Source of the DNA: an uncultured virus (IMG/VR IMGVR_UViG_3300025614_000002)
Lineage: Duplodnaviria; Heunggongvirae; Uroviricota; Caudoviricetes
Strand: one strand, 5' to 3'
IMG/VR virus record: IMGVR_UViG_3300025614_000002
DNA length: 63,178 bases
Shown: positions 18,191 to 27,361 of the stretch, in pieces
Numbering within the stretch: the first letter of the stretch is position 1
How the letters are laid out: each line of letters starts with the position of its first letter
Notes under the pieces: model-generated
Told to the model about the DNA's origin: nothing
The model's input: the letters and a program-made list of their open reading frames with translations, nothing else
Database searches by the model: none
Made by a program: the position numbers and the translations under genes

Positions 18191-18634
18191 GTGGACAAAC
18201 TCGCAGCATACGAATCTCTTTTGGAAGGCCACCCACTCTGGGAGGATTTCGAAAAGTCTGCAGCCTGGGCCCCAGTTGGGGCCCTAACCGGCGTGGTGGG
18301 CGGAGCTGCGCTTGGCTACGCCAAGAGCCGAGAGCTGCCCCGGAAGTCTCGTGTTCGCGGAACTATCGCAGGCGGGGCGCTCGGCGGTGCCGTAGGTATG
18401 ACCGCGGGGGGAATGGCAGATGTGACCAGCTCTTTCCGCCGGGCCAATGCGGCGCTGGAACGCGCGCACGCAGGGGGGCTGTTGCAGGATGCCCTGGACA
18501 ATCGAAATCACTTGGCTGCCCTGCGAGAGTTGGACCTCTCGAGTGCCCGCGTCGATAGAATTCGAGGCAAAATGAATTCCTTGGAGAAGGAGATCAAATC
18601 CCTGGATGACCTCGATCGGTTTATGACGGAGTAG
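18191..18634 (+). CDS. Putative virion cargo protein (MDKLAAYE..HPLW leader)
   Basis: Leader ending EKSAA; two glycine zippers; coiled-coil end. Confidence 0.7.
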   Translation: MDKLAAYESLLEGHPLWEDFEKSAAWAPVGALTGVVGGAALGYAKSRELPRKSRVRGTIAGGALGGAVGMTAGGMADVTSSFRRANAALERAHAGGLLQDALDNRNHLAALRELDLSSARVDRIRGKMNSLEKEIKSLDDLDRFMTE

Positions 18635-18638
18635 CTCT

Positions 18639-19502
18639 ATGGCGCACCCGGCTGAATTCTTCATCAAGTACCTCCTCGTGATCGGGGCGGCGCTGTCGTA
18701 TGAAGAGGTGGTGCTGAACCTTGAGATCCACGGCCTCTCCGCGCATTCCGAGGAAGACCACGACCGGCTCCAGAGGGAGGTGTCGGGGGGACCAAAGGAC
18801 TTCCGGCCCTGGGACCCGAAGCACCGCGCCTCCACTCGTTGGCTAAGGGAGAAGAAGATCTTCTCCCTGGTTCACCCAGACGCCGCGACGCATGCGATGA
18901 AGCGTCTGATCCTCGGCAATCCCCATGTGCGGGAGAAGGCAGAGGCTCTGGTGATGAGCGGGGTCCCGTTCCACGAGGCCGCCGCAAACCTGGGGGAGCT
19001 CGGGTGCGCGGTCCCGGAGCTCGCGGTTGCGGAGTTCCGGCACTACTTCTGGAATCCAGACATCATGGGTGTGGGGGATTGGGCCGAGTACCTTCAGACG
19101 GACTCCACAAAGCGCACCTACCCGCTGCAGAGCGCGTACCAGCTTGCAGTGCGCGCAGGTCCGGAGGCTGCGGCCTACCGCCTGGGGGTTCACCGGGAGC
19201 TGGACGGGAAGAAGATCATGGTCGAGGTGCAGCGGGAGCTGTACCACTCGTTCCTCGAGGCCCGGTCACTACCGCTCTCGTCCAAGAAGGTGGAGATGCT
19301 GGGGAACCTGGCGCGCGGCCTGGCGCGAATCGACGAGCGCGTTCAGGCAGGTGATAGTGCCCTGCAGGAGACGCTCAAGAAGTTCGAGAAGTTCAAGGTC
19401 CTCCACGGTCGGAAAGAGATGCCCAGTTTGATAGACTTGGCCCCCACAGGCTCTGTGAGCAATCGCTCCCGGGACGAGATTCTCCAGTCCGAGGGGAGCT
19501 GA
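18639..19502 (+). CDS. Hypothetical phage protein
   Basis: GGAG SD; typical codon usage; no recognised motif. Confidence 0.7.
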   Translation: MAHPAEFFIKYLLVIGAALSYEEVVLNLEIHGLSAHSEEDHDRLQREVSGGPKDFRPWDPKHRASTRWLREKKIFSLVHPDAATHAMKRLILGNPHVREKAEALVMSGVPFHEAAANLGELGCAVPELAVAEFRHYFWNPDIMGVGDWAEYLQTDSTKRTYPLQSAYQLAVRAGPEAAAYRLGVHRELDGKKIMVEVQRELYHSFLEARSLPLSSKKVEMLGNLARGLARIDERVQAGDSALQETLKKFEKFKVLHGRKEMPSLIDLAPTGSVSNRSRDEILQSEGS

Positions 19503-19585
19503 CGTTGCGGCCCAATGACAGCTTCTCCGGCCTGGGTAGCGGCCACGGGGTACACTCCCAGAACTTCGCGTAGCAGGAGCCGCAC

Positions 19586-19969
19586 ATGGGACAGACTTCC
19601 CGGTCGTTCGCGACCATCTTCGAGCTCAAGACCTACATGGCGGACAACGACGTCGCGTCGTCTGCGATCCTGAGCATCGACCGCAATGCCTCCGGCCACA
19701 TCAACCTGCTCCATGACGGCGACTACGATCACGCGTCGGGCACCGGAGGCGCGACCGTGACTGTCCCCGCGGGAGCCACGGTCCAGAAGATCACGGCCTT
19801 CGCCAACGGCGCAGATGGCACGATCACGATCGACGGCGGAGACCCAATCACGGTGCGCACGAGCGGCGGGTTCGAGGACTCCCCTACGGGACTGGTCTCT
19901 CCGGTCGGCGGGGCGATCGACATCGTCTTCTCCGCGTCGATGGACTACTTCGTCTCCTGGACTCTGTAG
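19586..19969 (+). CDS. Small beta-rich structural protein
   Basis: AGGAG SD; T/G/S-rich beta composition. Confidence 0.65.
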   Translation: MGQTSRSFATIFELKTYMADNDVASSAILSIDRNASGHINLLHDGDYDHASGTGGATVTVPAGATVQKITAFANGADGTITIDGGDPITVRTSGGFEDSPTGLVSPVGGAIDIVFSASMDYFVSWTL

Positions 19970-19978
19970 GAGGGCGCG

Positions 19979-21883
19979 GTGGGCTTCACTGGAATCATGG
20001 GCGGCGGAGCTGCGATCGTCCCCAGAGAGGGGGCGGATCTCCAGGTGTCCACCCTCGGGCCCCATGCGATTGCCACGCCGGCAGGCTCGCTGGGGACGTT
20101 CAACGGATGGACGGCCACCGTCGTTCCGGCGGCCAACGATCCTGCATTCCCGAATGGGACGACAACCGGGGCCGTCGTCATCGCGGATGCCGCTGCGTCC
20201 AGCACGACCATCACCCTTCCGGGGCCTGGCTACTATGAGCTGGAAGCGGACATCGGCGGTGAGATCGAGACGCTGGGAATCTACTGCACTCGTCCGCTTC
20301 CGCAGCTTGCTGTGGCAGGCCGTACGAATGCCGAAGCGTTCAACTCCGCGGCCGGCGCGCGCTCTGCCACGCTCTCCGACTCCGGAGGGTCCGACAGCCC
20401 CGCGCACAGCACTGTGGCCGCCCAGGGCTCCGACGGAGCCCCCCTCACGGTGACGGGCAGCACGACGGCGTCTCCGTCGTGGACCAACCCGTCGACTGCC
20501 ACAGGCGACGGGGTGCAGCTGTCGCATGTGCTGACCGACGCGTACGGGCGTGTCAGTGTGTTCGCGTACTCCGAGCGCATCGCGGGCGCGGGCGGCGGGA
20601 GCAGCCTCGATCCTGACGCAAACACGCCATCCATCCTCGAGCTGAATGTCTCTGCCTCGCCCTCGGGCACGACGGTCGGGTCTGTCGCATTCCGCGGCCC
20701 CGTGGACGCGGACGGGGCCACGCTCGGCGGTGCGGATGCTTCATCCTTCACGGTGTCTGGCAACGGCGACGGCAGCTTCGACATCGTGGCCGCCACAGAC
20801 CTCACCGAGGCGACGCGCATCATCACGGCGACGGTGGGTGGCTACACGACCGGCAACATCGAGATCCAGACGTACCCGGACACCGCCACGCTGCTCACGG
20901 CTGTCACCTCAGACGGCGAGACCCTCTGGAGGCACGGCGGTGGCTCGTGGACCGTCCACGAAACGTGGTCAGGACAGAACCTCCTGGGCATCGACACCAG
21001 CGAGGACGGCAACCTCCTCTCGTTCCTGTGCCGCTTCGATCAGACAACCGGTGTGGACACCGCCCAGACCACGGACCTCGTCACTCCGTCCTGGGGCGGG
21101 AACACCAACATTGGTGGCACCAGCTATGCCACGCAGACCGTCTATATCGACAGCGTGAACGGGTACGCGCTGACCGGTCACAACAATGGGCGCGGCAGGT
21201 ACAAGTCCATCGCGGACGTGCTCGCCGACGGGAACTTCAACAGCTCGGTCGAGATGAGGTTCAACTCCGGCGGCCACTGGACTGGCAACAACTACTCCCT
21301 GGCTGACGACTTCCTCACCCTCGCCAGCGGGCGCATGCTCGCATGCGGGTGGCACTGGAACAGCGGCAACGGTCAACCTCACCTCTCGACGAGTGATACC
21401 GGCCCCGGCGGGACATGGACCGAACGCGCCATCGGTACGTGGACAGTCGGGTTCCCGCGAATGATGGCAACAGATGGCACGCTGATTGTCGTCGTTGGAG
21501 GCTCATCGACCTGGGGTGTCCTGGGCTACTCCGCCGACAGCGGGACCACCTGGGCCACGGGCGGCGCCATTGCCGGAACCAACTTCTATGCCGTGGCGTG
21601 CAAGCCAGATGGCAGCCTGTGGGTTGCTGTTGGGGCTTCAGGCGCCGTTGCCACGACCGCAGACCCCACCCTGCTATCGTGGGATCTGCGCACCAGTGGC
21701 ACGGCCGAGGATCTGCGTGGCGTGGCGTGGGACGCCTCCGCAGGCGAGTTCGTCGCCGTCGGCACGACCCAGACGGTGATCACGTCGTCCGACGGCATCA
21801 CCTGGACGGCGGAGACACTGCCGGCCGGGGTGAACGGGACGATCAACGCTATCCGCGCGCGCACCACAGCCGCACCGACGTGA
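19979..21883 (+). CDS. Fibre/receptor-binding-like protein with Ig-like segments and BNR/Asp-box beta-propeller
   Basis: S-x-D-x-G-x-T-W-like repeats (SADSGTTW, SSDGITW); VAVG motifs. Confidence 0.65.
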   Translation: MGFTGIMGGGAAIVPREGADLQVSTLGPHAIATPAGSLGTFNGWTATVVPAANDPAFPNGTTTGAVVIADAAASSTTITLPGPGYYELEADIGGEIETLGIYCTRPLPQLAVAGRTNAEAFNSAAGARSATLSDSGGSDSPAHSTVAAQGSDGAPLTVTGSTTASPSWTNPSTATGDGVQLSHVLTDAYGRVSVFAYSERIAGAGGGSSLDPDANTPSILELNVSASPSGTTVGSVAFRGPVDADGATLGGADASSFTVSGNGDGSFDIVAATDLTEATRIITATVGGYTTGNIEIQTYPDTATLLTAVTSDGETLWRHGGGSWTVHETWSGQNLLGIDTSEDGNLLSFLCRFDQTTGVDTAQTTDLVTPSWGGNTNIGGTSYATQTVYIDSVNGYALTGHNNGRGRYKSIADVLADGNFNSSVEMRFNSGGHWTGNNYSLADDFLTLASGRMLACGWHWNSGNGQPHLSTSDTGPGGTWTERAIGTWTVGFPRMMATDGTLIVVVGGSSTWGVLGYSADSGTTWATGGAIAGTNFYAVACKPDGSLWVAVGASGAVATTADPTLLSWDLRTSGTAEDLRGVAWDASAGEFVAVGTTQTVITSSDGITWTAETLPAGVNGTINAIRARTTAAPT

Positions 21884-21891
21884 GGTGACTC

Positions 21892-22377
21892 GTGAGCATC
21901 ATCGACCGCATCGCCGACCACGGGCGCTATCTCGCCCCCACAGACCGGCCGCCCACCGGGGACCCTTCCAATCCCGCGTCTCCTGAGTCCATCGCCTACC
22001 GTGAGTGGGAGCGCGCCGCGCCGCGCCGGCTCAACTGCATGGGCGAGGACCTGCGTGGACTGGACTTCAATGAGGCCAGCCTCCGCATGGCGGGACTGAA
22101 GGGTGCCGACCTGCGGAACTGTGACCTGCGTAAGTGCGACCTGCACGGTGCAGATCTACGGGACTGCGCGTTGGAGGGCGCGAACCTCGCTGGGGCCCAT
22201 GTCGACGCAAGCACTCGTATTGCCCACATCGACCTGGGCACGGGCCTCGCCAACCGCACGAGCCTCGTGCTGCTGTTGGAGGCCGTAGGTGGCGACCCCG
22301 AGGAGGAGCAGACCCGCGCCCTCGTGGAGGCGCTCAAGGGGCGGACGGGCAGACCCGGCGGCAGGGTCACGAGGTAG
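21892..22377 (+). CDS. Pentapeptide-repeat protein
   Basis: ADLRN CDLRK CDLHG ADLRD CALEG ANLAG repeats; GAGGTG SD. Confidence 0.8.
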   Translation: MSIIDRIADHGRYLAPTDRPPTGDPSNPASPESIAYREWERAAPRRLNCMGEDLRGLDFNEASLRMAGLKGADLRNCDLRKCDLHGADLRDCALEGANLAGAHVDASTRIAHIDLGTGLANRTSLVLLLEAVGGDPEEEQTRALVEALKGRTGRPGGRVTR

Positions 22378-22426
22378 GGCGATAGTTCGTCGAGCTCCCC
22401 ATCACCATCACCAAGGTTACAGCCTG

Positions 22427-22786
22427 ATGCACACTCCCGACTTCATGAAAGACCCTGACCGTTCAGCGCCAGGGCACGAAGTCAAGCTCGATACTCCGCC
22501 GCGTGCCGAGTACCGAGGCACGCACTTCCGCGCCGAGATCGTGGCCAAGAACGGGGACCTGATCTACCAGTTCTTCGACGTCAAGAACGCGGACTTCCGC
22601 AGCTTCCTCGCAGAGATCGTCGAGTCCCACTTCGGCTCCACCGAGGCGTTCAGTGCGGACTACATCCCCGAGGTCCAGTCACACGGACTGCGTGCGAAGG
22701 GCGTGACCGATTCTCCCTTCTTCAGCTACGACCACTACACGTCAGACTTCCTGGGTCTGGTGGATCGATGCCTTCAGGAGTCCTGA
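22427..22786 (+). CDS. Hypothetical protein
   Basis: Likely start ATG 22427 within ORF 22289..22786. Confidence 0.6.
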   Translation: MHTPDFMKDPDRSAPGHEVKLDTPPRAEYRGTHFRAEIVAKNGDLIYQFFDVKNADFRSFLAEIVESHFGSTEAFSADYIPEVQSHGLRAKGVTDSPFFSYDHYTSDFLGLVDRCLQES

Positions 22787-22787
22787 C

Positions 22788-23117
22788 ATGGACAAGATTG
22801 CCGCGTACGAAAAGATTCTCGCCGAGCATCCGCTGTGGGAGAAGACTGCCGTGACGGAGATGGGTGCGCTGATCCTTGCGGGGCTGGGAGCTGCTACTGC
22901 GCTGGGGGCAGCAGCCGGAGGAGCTGCAGGCGCCATGACTACCCACGAGGGAAATAGACTTCGGGGGGCCGGAGTCGGTGCGATGGCTGGGGGCATTGGC
23001 GGACTTCTGATGGCCTCGCCGGTGGGTTCCCCCGTTGCTGGCGGCGTGGCGGGCGGCCTTGCTGCCCACTACCTGGCGGGACCCGGCGCCACGAAGGAAG
23101 CGAAGCTGCTGCGGTAG
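22788..23117 (+). CDS. Putative virion cargo protein (MDKIAAYE..HPLWEKTA leader; almost pure glycine zipper)
   Basis: AGGAG SD; three G/A-rich hydrophobic segments. Confidence 0.7.
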   Translation: MDKIAAYEKILAEHPLWEKTAVTEMGALILAGLGAATALGAAAGGAAGAMTTHEGNRLRGAGVGAMAGGIGGLLMASPVGSPVAGGVAGGLAAHYLAGPGATKEAKLLR

Positions 23118-23124
23118 CGTCTCG

Positions 23125-23469
23125 CTACAAGAGGTCAAAAGGGCTGTTGTCCTGCACGGGACCCAGCCCTTTGATGAAGATCAGCGCCCGGAAGTCCCAC
23201 TTCTTCCAGGTTGACTTCCGGTAGACCGCGTCGTTGGCCTCGCACCATTCCGAGAGGAGGGACCTAAGAAAAGGTACTTCTTCTTTGCGGATCCACCGCT
23301 TGAGCCGCAGGTGGACCACCCAGCGAAGGGGGTCCACCTGCGGCTTCAGTTCCCACGAGTAGAGGTCACCAAGTAGAGATCTCCGGAAGCTGGCTTCCGC
23401 CTGCTCCGACCAGCGTAGGCTCATCGGGAGACTCACTGGGGGACTGGTCGTTGACGACATACTTCCCAT
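23125..23469 (-). CDS. Hypothetical protein
   Basis: ORF with Trp-rich globular composition; start uncertain (23424 possible). Confidence 0.5.
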   Translation of the reverse strand: MGSMSSTTSPPVSLPMSLRWSEQAEASFRRSLLGDLYSWELKPQVDPLRWVVHLRLKRWIRKEEVPFLRSLLSEWCEANDAVYRKSTWKKWDFRALIFIKGLGPVQDNSPFDLL

Positions 23470-24010
23470 GGTAGCCCACCTTGAGCGGCCAGACGCTCCC
23501 CAGGGGGAGCACCTCGCTCAGGTTCCCGATGAGCTCCCGGACCAGGATCCCCCAGCGGCCATCCTCCGGGATCTCCTCTCCGATGAGATCTTGGAGGACC
23601 CCTTCGATGTTCTCCTCCCGGATTTCCTGCACCAGTGCGGGGACCACCGAAGAGCCGAACTTGTCGGTGATCTCCGCTGCCGCCCAGAGCTGGATCCCGT
23701 GCTTCTTGTGGTAGGTCACCCGCCACCCGCGACAGATGCCGGTGGTCTCATCCCCCGCCGTCTGCCGGTGGTGACGGTGCAGCGCCTTGCGGCGGTAGTA
23801 CTCTGCGACCATGCAGGACCCGAACTTCGTCGGATCCTGCGCCTTCTCGGTGAGGGCGCCCTGCAGGGCGCCCAGCTCTCCCGTGCTGTGGATGCACGTG
23901 TGCAGCTTTCCGCTGCGGTCCTCCACTACGAGGGCGAGCATGTGCTCGCCCGTATTCCTGATGGCGCGCACCTCTGCGCCGACCACCAGGACACTCAAGT
24001 CATCATTCAT
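23366..24010 (-). CDS. Hypothetical protein
   Basis: GGAGG SD; first gene after candidate promoter copy 3. Confidence 0.6.
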   Translation of the reverse strand: MNDDLSVLVVGAEVRAIRNTGEHMLALVVEDRSGKLHTCIHSTGELGALQGALTEKAQDPTKFGSCMVAEYYRRKALHRHHRQTAGDETTGICRGWRVTYHKKHGIQLWAAAEITDKFGSSVVPALVQEIREENIEGVLQDLIGEEIPEDGRWGILVRELIGNLSEVLPLGSVWPLKVGYHGKYVVNDQSPSESPDEPTLVGAGGSQLPEISTW

Positions 24011-24045
24011 GGGAAAATCCTCCGTGTATAGTGTCTTCCGAAAGC

Positions 24046-24053
24046 GTTATGCC
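24046..24053 (-). promoter_or_regulatory. Candidate phage promoter element GNCATAAS, copy 3
   Basis: minus strand GGCATAAC ~35 nt upstream of ATG 24010. Confidence 0.5.
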
Positions 24054-24061
24054 GGATTTCT

Positions 24062-25777
24062 ATGAGTTTTTCCAAAGACCATTCGGGGCCATGGGAGTAC
24101 CAGGCGCCGCGTAGGGAGAGGCAGAAGTCGGCAGATCTACGCCGTGCGCCGATCCCCGTGCGTCCCTCCGAGTTCGTCGAGACCACGGTTCTCATGCCGG
24201 ACGCGCACACCCGGTCCCTCACGAACTTCTCGTTCGCAGAGCGGGGGTACCTTCGGGAGATCTACGACATCCAGGCACCCCGCACGTTGCTGATGTGCGG
24301 CAGACAGGTCGAGAAGAGCACGACGCTCGGCAACAAGATGCTGGCCTACTCGTGTCTCATCCCCCACTTCAAGGTTCTCTACGTCTCGCCCTCGAGCACG
24401 CAGACGAAGGAGTTCTCGAAGACGCGGCTGAAGGAGTCGATCGATACGTGTCCAGATCTACGGACCTGGTTCCCGTCGCACCTCACGGACAACGTCTTCG
24501 AGAAGAAGGCGATCAACCGTAGCAAGCTCACCCTGCGGTACGCCTTCCTCAACGCTGACCGGTGCCGTGGGCTGTCCGCCGATCTCATCGCGATGGACGA
24601 GTTTCAGGATCTCCTGCTCGACAACATCCCGGTCATCGAAGAGGCCGCATCCCACAGCCCCTTCAAGTGGTTCATCTACAGCGGCACCCCCAAGTCGCTG
24701 GACAACCCCATCCAGGTCTACTGGGACTCGTATTCGACGAAGAACGAGTGGGTGGTGCCTTGTGATAGGCATGGCCTCCCCAACAACCCCGGGTCGTGGC
24801 ACTGGAACATCCTGGGGGAGAAGAACATCGGCCTTCGAGGCCTCTCCTGTGATCGGTGTGGGGAGCCCATCCACGCGAACCACCCGATGGCTCAGTGGAT
24901 CCGGACCGGCAACCCGAACCCGAAGTTCGACACCTTCGAGGGCTTCCGCATCCCTCAGTTGATGGTGCCCTGGATCTCTTGGAGCAACATTCTAACGAAG
25001 TACAACGGGTACTCGAGAGGCAAGTTCTACAATGAGGTCCTTGGCCAGAGCTTTGACTCCGGCCAGCGCCCCCTGACGCAGAGCGACGTCCAGGCGAACT
25101 GCGACCCCGAATTCAGCATGGCCGCGGACAAGCTGAAGGAGGCGATGGGCAAGGTCCGGGGCAAGAAGGTCTACGCTGGGATCGACTGGGGGCAGGACAG
25201 CAACAACTCGTACACGATCTTGATGATCGGTGCGTACATCGACGGGTTCTTCCGCATCATCTTCTCGCACAGATTCAGCGGTGCGGAGGCGGAGCCGAAG
25301 GAGCAGATCACCAAGATCAAGAAGCTCCTCAAGGCGTTCAATATCGACCGAGTGGGGGTCGATTACGGTGGAGGCTACTGGCCGAATGATGAGCTCTTGC
25401 GGACGTACGGATCCCAGCGCGTCGTCAGGTACCAGTACTCCACTCCGAAGACGATCATGAAGTACGACTCCTCGAAGGGGCGCTTCCTGATTCACCGCTC
25501 TGAGGTGATGAGCGCGGTCTTCAACGCCATCAAGCGGCGGTCGGTCTTCCGATTCCCGAAATGGTCGGAGTTCCGGAGCCCCTTCGCGTCGGACATGCTG
25601 GCGATCTTCTCTGAGTACAACGAGCGCACGCGGATGACGGAGTACCGGAAGTCTCCGAACACCACGGATGACTCCTTCCACGCCCTGCTGCTCTGTTTCA
25701 TCGTCTCCATGATCGACAACCCGCGTCCGGACATCCTGGTACCGAGTGCTAAGATCGATCGGGAACTGGATGACTGA
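24062..25777 (+). CDS. terL: Terminase large subunit
   Basis: Walker A-like GRQVEKST, Walker B LIAMDE, SGTP coupling motif, YNEVLG, nuclease GIDWG / VGVD / DDSFHA. Confidence 0.9.
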   Translation: MSFSKDHSGPWEYQAPRRERQKSADLRRAPIPVRPSEFVETTVLMPDAHTRSLTNFSFAERGYLREIYDIQAPRTLLMCGRQVEKSTTLGNKMLAYSCLIPHFKVLYVSPSSTQTKEFSKTRLKESIDTCPDLRTWFPSHLTDNVFEKKAINRSKLTLRYAFLNADRCRGLSADLIAMDEFQDLLLDNIPVIEEAASHSPFKWFIYSGTPKSLDNPIQVYWDSYSTKNEWVVPCDRHGLPNNPGSWHWNILGEKNIGLRGLSCDRCGEPIHANHPMAQWIRTGNPNPKFDTFEGFRIPQLMVPWISWSNILTKYNGYSRGKFYNEVLGQSFDSGQRPLTQSDVQANCDPEFSMAADKLKEAMGKVRGKKVYAGIDWGQDSNNSYTILMIGAYIDGFFRIIFSHRFSGAEAEPKEQITKIKKLLKAFNIDRVGVDYGGGYWPNDELLRTYGSQRVVRYQYSTPKTIMKYDSSKGRFLIHRSEVMSAVFNAIKRRSVFRFPKWSEFRSPFASDMLAIFSEYNERTRMTEYRKSPNTTDDSFHALLLCFIVSMIDNPRPDILVPSAKIDRELDD

Positions 25778-25799
25778 CGGCCCCGAAGGGCCGCCAGTC
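25772..25799. terminator. Hairpin between convergent genes
   Basis: gactg-a-cggccc-CGAA-gggccg-c-cagtc (cUUCGg loop on the minus strand). Confidence 0.7.
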
Positions 25800-25810
25800 G
25801 CCAGGTCTTC

Positions 25811-26236
25811 TCAGCCCCGTCCGCCACCGCGGTTCCGGAGCACCTCGGGCCCCTGCTGGGCGCCCCCATCATCCATGCCCATGGCGCTGCGCATGTCCCG
25901 CGCCTCCGCGATGGCCTTCGCCATCGCGGGGTTGTTGGCCTCCGCCTTCCGGAGGCGCTCGAGCGCCATCAGCGCCTTCTGTCCGTCATCAAGCAGCATC
26001 GCATCCGCCGCGAAGGTGCCGATGAACCCTCCCACGAACCCGGCCCCGATGGCCGGGATCATGTTCTCCTGGATGATCTCGATGCCGCCGTACGTGCCGG
26101 CGGCCCAGACTCCACCGGCGACGGCGACTCCGTGGAGCGCACGGCGGCCGTTCGGACCGACCCCGAGCCCGTCTTCGACGAACAGGTTGTACTTCGCGTA
26201 CCCACTCATCTCGGTGGTTGCCTTGTTGTTGGCCAT
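25811..26236 (-). CDS. Small membrane protein
   Basis: Start MANNK at 26236; two hydrophobic G-rich segments. Confidence 0.55.
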   Translation of the reverse strand: MANNKATTEMSGYAKYNLFVEDGLGVGPNGRRALHGVAVAGGVWAAGTYGGIEIIQENMIPAIGAGFVGGFIGTFAADAMLLDDGQKALMALERLRKAEANNPAMAKAIAEARDMRSAMGMDDGGAQQGPEVLRNRGGGRG

Positions 26237-26238
26237 TT

Positions 26239-26628
26239 CTACCCTCGCTTCTGCTTCTGTGTGGTGATGAATCCCGCCTTGAGGACCGCGTGAAGCGTCC
26301 TCGGGGGGCGGGGATCGATGCCGTGGCTTTCTGCCAGGGCGTGTGTGTGCTGCTCCATGATCCCCACGACGTGGTCGACGATGCTGTCGAGCCACGCGGT
26401 GATGATCTTCTCCGTGTTCTCCGGATTCTCCAGGCAGGCCGCCAGGAGGTCTCCCGCCGGCTTGCCCGGGAGGAAGAGGACCTCGAACGGTCCCATCATC
26501 GACGCCATCTGGAGGGCGTTCCGCTCCAGCACGGCAACCCGCGCCTCGAGGAGCGCACTCTTCTCCTTCTCTTTCTCGAAGAGGCCCTCAAGGGCCTCCA
26601 CCCGTGCCGTCAGGGTCACTTTGGGCAT
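26239..26628 (-). CDS. Hypothetical protein with N-terminal coiled coil
   Basis: AAGGAGG SD. Confidence 0.65.
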   Translation of the reverse strand: MPKVTLTARVEALEGLFEKEKEKSALLEARVAVLERNALQMASMMGPFEVLFLPGKPAGDLLAACLENPENTEKIITAWLDSIVDHVVGIMEQHTHALAESHGIDPRPPRTLHAVLKAGFITTQKQKRG

Positions 26629-26651
26629 TAGGTACCTCCTTTGCCACAGAG

Positions 26652-26659
26652 GTTATGGC
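26652..26659 (-). promoter_or_regulatory. Candidate phage promoter element GNCATAAS, copy 4
   Basis: minus strand GCCATAAC ~23 nt upstream of ATG 26628; AAAAT ~16 nt upstream. Confidence 0.5.
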
Positions 26660-26662
26660 CGT

Positions 26663-27343
26663 TTATTCCCCGAATTTTACTCTGTGAAAGAGGTCCTCCT
26701 TCACAGTCGCGCCTTCTCGAAACTCCGGAGGCAGCGCCCCCTTGAGTTCGCGGTAGACGAAGCAGGAAATTCGCAGCCGGCGGCGCGCGTCTGCCAGCAG
26801 TTTGTGGACTTCCTGCGCAGCGAGGGAGTTCTTGTAGTCCGCCCTCGCCACGACCTCGGAGATCATCCGGCTGCTCAGGCGCAGGAGCTCCACCCACGCG
26901 GTCGGATGCCCCGCCCTCTCGAAGACCGCGAGGTCTTCCTCATCTGCGCGACCGAAGATGTCGGCCCAGCTCTCCAGGTCTCTCAGGGTGTACGACCCTT
27001 GGGGACGCGCAGCCTGATCTCGGAGCAGTCCCATCACGGCATTGGCGTAGTCCGGGGTCATCCCCAGCTTGGCGTTCCGTAGATCCAAGATCTGCTGGAC
27101 CACAGCCATCTGGGATTCCAATCGCCGCACTTTCGCGCGCAGCGTTCGGATCTCCGCCAACTTCGGCCGCTCCAGCATCCCCTCTGTCTTGAGCTCATGG
27201 ACCTCTTCGGGGTCCAGGTGCTGGCGCCGCCCAGACCGCTGGCTCGACAGCTGGCCCGAGTTGATGTAGTTGCGTATAGTACGCTCGGAGCGACCCAGAA
27301 CGCGCGCAGCTTCTGAGATCGTCATTGTATACTGAGTGCCCAT
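26663..27343 (-). CDS. Xis/MerR-type HTH DNA-binding protein
   Basis: MTISEAARVLGRSERTIRNYINSGQL winged HTH, then coiled coil; real start near 27343/27325, not 28177. Confidence 0.75.
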   Translation of the reverse strand: MGTQYTMTISEAARVLGRSERTIRNYINSGQLSSQRSGRRQHLDPEEVHELKTEGMLERPKLAEIRTLRAKVRRLESQMAVVQQILDLRNAKLGMTPDYANAVMGLLRDQAARPQGSYTLRDLESWADIFGRADEEDLAVFERAGHPTAWVELLRLSSRMISEVVARADYKNSLAAQEVHKLLADARRRLRISCFVYRELKGALPPEFREGATVKEDLFHRVKFGE

Positions 27344-27361
27344 TCTCTCCCCGGATGATGA

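Noticed and set aside
19393..19629. Minus-strand Cys-containing ORF
   Set aside because: Overlaps two + strand genes; no support
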